NCBI RefSeq assembly: GCF_000485595.1
Contig: NW_014577064.1
Location: forward strand, 567,568 to 628,342
Length of the DNA stretch: 60,775 bases
From: Priapulus caudatus
Taxonomy: Eukaryota
Direction: 5' to 3'
The notes beneath the pieces were generated by a model that searched no databases, was not told the origin of the DNA, and saw only the letters and a list, made by a program, of their open reading frames with translations. Numbering within the stretch: the first letter of the stretch is position 1; each line of letters begins with the position of its first letter. Positions 58,117-60,775 of the stretch are shown here, piece after piece. A program made the position numbers and the translations under genes.

Positions 58117-60660
58117 CACGATTCTCTCCCGGGCTTTAGGAAACCCATGGTAGTGGCCCCCACGATTCTCTCCTGGGCTTTGTAGGAATTTTTTAATTGT
58201 AGCTAATTCGGTAGGCTAACATGTGATACGAGCTTGTGAAGTGGTGTTGACCTGCGCTGCTTCTGGGGCTCATGTAGTGTACTTACATGCAGACACGTGA
58301 CTGTGCCGTGTTGTTTTGACAATGCTAGACTAATCATGATGCTCTGGTTTGAGCGGCAATGCGCCCGCGGTCGCTCACTAGTCTAACATGCTGTTGCTAT
58401 CATTCTTATACGCAATCTGCACTGTGTGAAAAGTGCAACCCAGCACACCTAGTCGGAGGCAGTGTGTCCGAGGGAGGGGCGACAAGAGAGAGAGTGTGTT
58501 TGAGAGAGGGTGAAAGGAACGGAGAGGAGAGGAGACATTTCCATAACGTGTAGTGTGGATTTTTGTCGTACATTGTATTGTGGTGTACATATAACTAGGC
58601 AATCGCGGTATGAGAGGTTGCGATATGGTAAGCTATGTCGCGTGTTTGAGTTTTAGCGTAGTCTTGAAAGTGTAACCAGCGCTGTACATAGCTGCAAGTC
58701 GTTTTCTGGTACAAATGCGGGGAAAGGGGGAGGATGGGACTAGTCACTGGTGCCGCCAGGACCCAGGTTCAAGTCTGATCGGCTCTTGCCATTATAGTTC
58801 ATTGAGTGCATGTCTATCCAACTGTACATATAGTGTCGTTGTCTGCAGTTACCGTGGTTACGGTAAGATATGAAGCCGAAAAGAATATGGTGTCGCGAAA
58901 TCATGTTACACTTGTTGTGTTCTGTACACATGATAGCAGTTCAATTATAAATCGTTCCAGGCTGCCTTTAATTATTGGTACATCGTGACATTATTGGTGC
59001 ATGCTGGTATTTTGCTCCCCCCCCCTCCCACCATTAAAACATACATAAAGGTTTACACGTTATGTTACTGCATTTCATGAATCTATTTCAAAGGGAGGAA
59101 GTGACGTGCTATTAGTTTACCGACGTGTTTGTTACAAGGTGACGAATGTCTTGCAGTTGCAACGTGTAATTTATGGAGGAGTAATTATAGCGCTAAAGGG
59201 TTGGCATGTACAACATCACCAGACAGGCAGGTGGCAGGGGATGCAATATACGGGGCGAGGGTGTGCTGCGGGGAGGTGCAGCGTAGCTGCTTGTACACCG
59301 TTTCCGCGTGACATCAAGAGTATATCAAAGTTATAATACTCTCGTATTATAAGCTCTTGGTGACGTGCATCTCGTCGGCGCCGGGTTTCATGACCTTGAC
59401 ATTGACCTTGACCTTGACCGTGACCGGTATGTGTGACATTCGCCCTTTTTCTGACCGGTCGCGCCAAAGCGCCACGAAATCTTAGCGCGCCAGATTGATA
59501 TATACAGGGAGAGAAAATGCTTATTGTTTCGGTGGTATTGCGCAATACATGCGATGTCCATGTGACTCACGTTGAGCTGTTAATCACGCGCTAATCACGC
59601 TGTCACAATGTTCGTGCGATAGCCGCACGCCTCTACTACCTACGTTCATTGTGACGTTGCTGTGACGTCGTCGAATCTGCTGTTAATGCTGAGCAGGCGT
59701 CCGCACCGCCAGTGTTTCGCATCGGCTCTCGAAAGCGCCTTTATAGTTGGTATGCGGATAATCATGGTGATCATTAGGTGAGCTGTTCAGATCGTGTACA
59801 TTATCGTAGTGTAGCAAGCTAGTAGCCGAGGTGCGAGGGTCGGCCGGGTTAGCTGCTATTAGTGCACAGCGTGTAAAGTTCAGTAGACAGTGCTTATATA
59901 GCATCAGTCAACACAGGCGTGGTCTGGGTGAGGGGCAGGGAAGAGGAGGAGGAGGTTGGAATTTCTTCCTTCGTTGTTATAGCTTACTAGTTGCGGGAAA
60001 CGGGTGGTAGTTCGCCGCTGCTCTTTGTGGATGCCTTCCCCCCCTCCCCGCGCGCAATTTCGGTTTGGTAATGTTTATTTATTATTTTATTTGCGCCTTA
60101 CTAGTTTGTTAGACCCCGGACGGGTAGCGTTCGCCTCATTGCTGACAGTTTACCGTATATAAGCATATCAGGCTTAGTAGCAGACGAGCTGCAGACGTCT
60201 CTCTCTCCTGCCTTTCTCCACACATCCACCTGCACTTTTTCCTGCTCGCTCAGACGCACAACTCCTGCACACTTACAGCGAACGTTAAATCACGTGGTCA
60301 ACATCACTGGTCGGCAGTGATGAGCAAAATACGAGAAGGCCTTGCCTGTAGTTGTGCTGCGCTATTTCCTACTACGTTGCCTAGCTTTATAGAATCGAGT
60401 GTCATTGCAAGGTCGAGGGGGGATCCCCCCTCCCCATCTAGACGTCTGCGAGAATCGGAATGAACGAGGTATATCTGCGTATCTGTTTATCTCTATAGCA
60501 GCCGGTACTGCGTGCGGGATTGCAATAATGCTCTTTTGTAACGTGGCTTTGCTCGTTTGTATAGGACTAGTATAATCTCGCTAGGACAACCGTGTTTCTT
60601 TGAGAAATATACCTGCGAAAGTTTGCCATACCGTGAAAGGTATATATAAATAAATAAATC
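58117..60660 (+). repeat. Direct duplicate of the Sbf 3' flank/UTR ~43350-46050
   Basis: Colinear match differing mainly by 1-nt indels, e.g. 58186-58330 vs 43420-43570 and 60180-60640 vs 45550-46030. Confidence 0.92.
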
Positions 60661-60775
60661 AATGTGCGTGCGCGCGCGCGCGTGTGTGTGCGTGTGTGCC
60701 AGTGTGCGCGCGCGCGTGTGTGTGTGTGTGTCTGTGTAAGAAAACGCACAGTGAAACCAGAAGGAGAAGCATTTA

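Overview
Eukaryotic (metazoan, probably non-vertebrate) genomic DNA with five assembly gaps. It holds the 3' two-thirds of one multi-exon + strand gene: the Sbf / MTMR13 (SBF2) / MTMR5 (SBF1) myotubularin-related pseudophosphatase. About 25 exons from 3820 to ~42801 can be chained with GT-AG splice sites and mostly consistent phases. They encode the end of the SBF2 region, PH-GRAM, an inactive phosphatase domain (CLEDGWDIT), a coiled-coil region, a C1 zinc finger and a C-terminal PH domain. The N-terminal DENN part is not in the window. Introns and the 3' flank carry many unrelated minisatellites, MITEs and a hAT remnant. The locus looks scrambled: kb-scale direct and inverted duplicates, indel-rich copies, out-of-order exons, and one required exon found only on the minus strand. 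This is best explained by mis-assembly or gap-filling with raw long reads. I found no convincing novel biological system. The best biological leads are a candidate 6-nt microexon, the PKC-like C1 domain, and minisatellites abutting splice sites.
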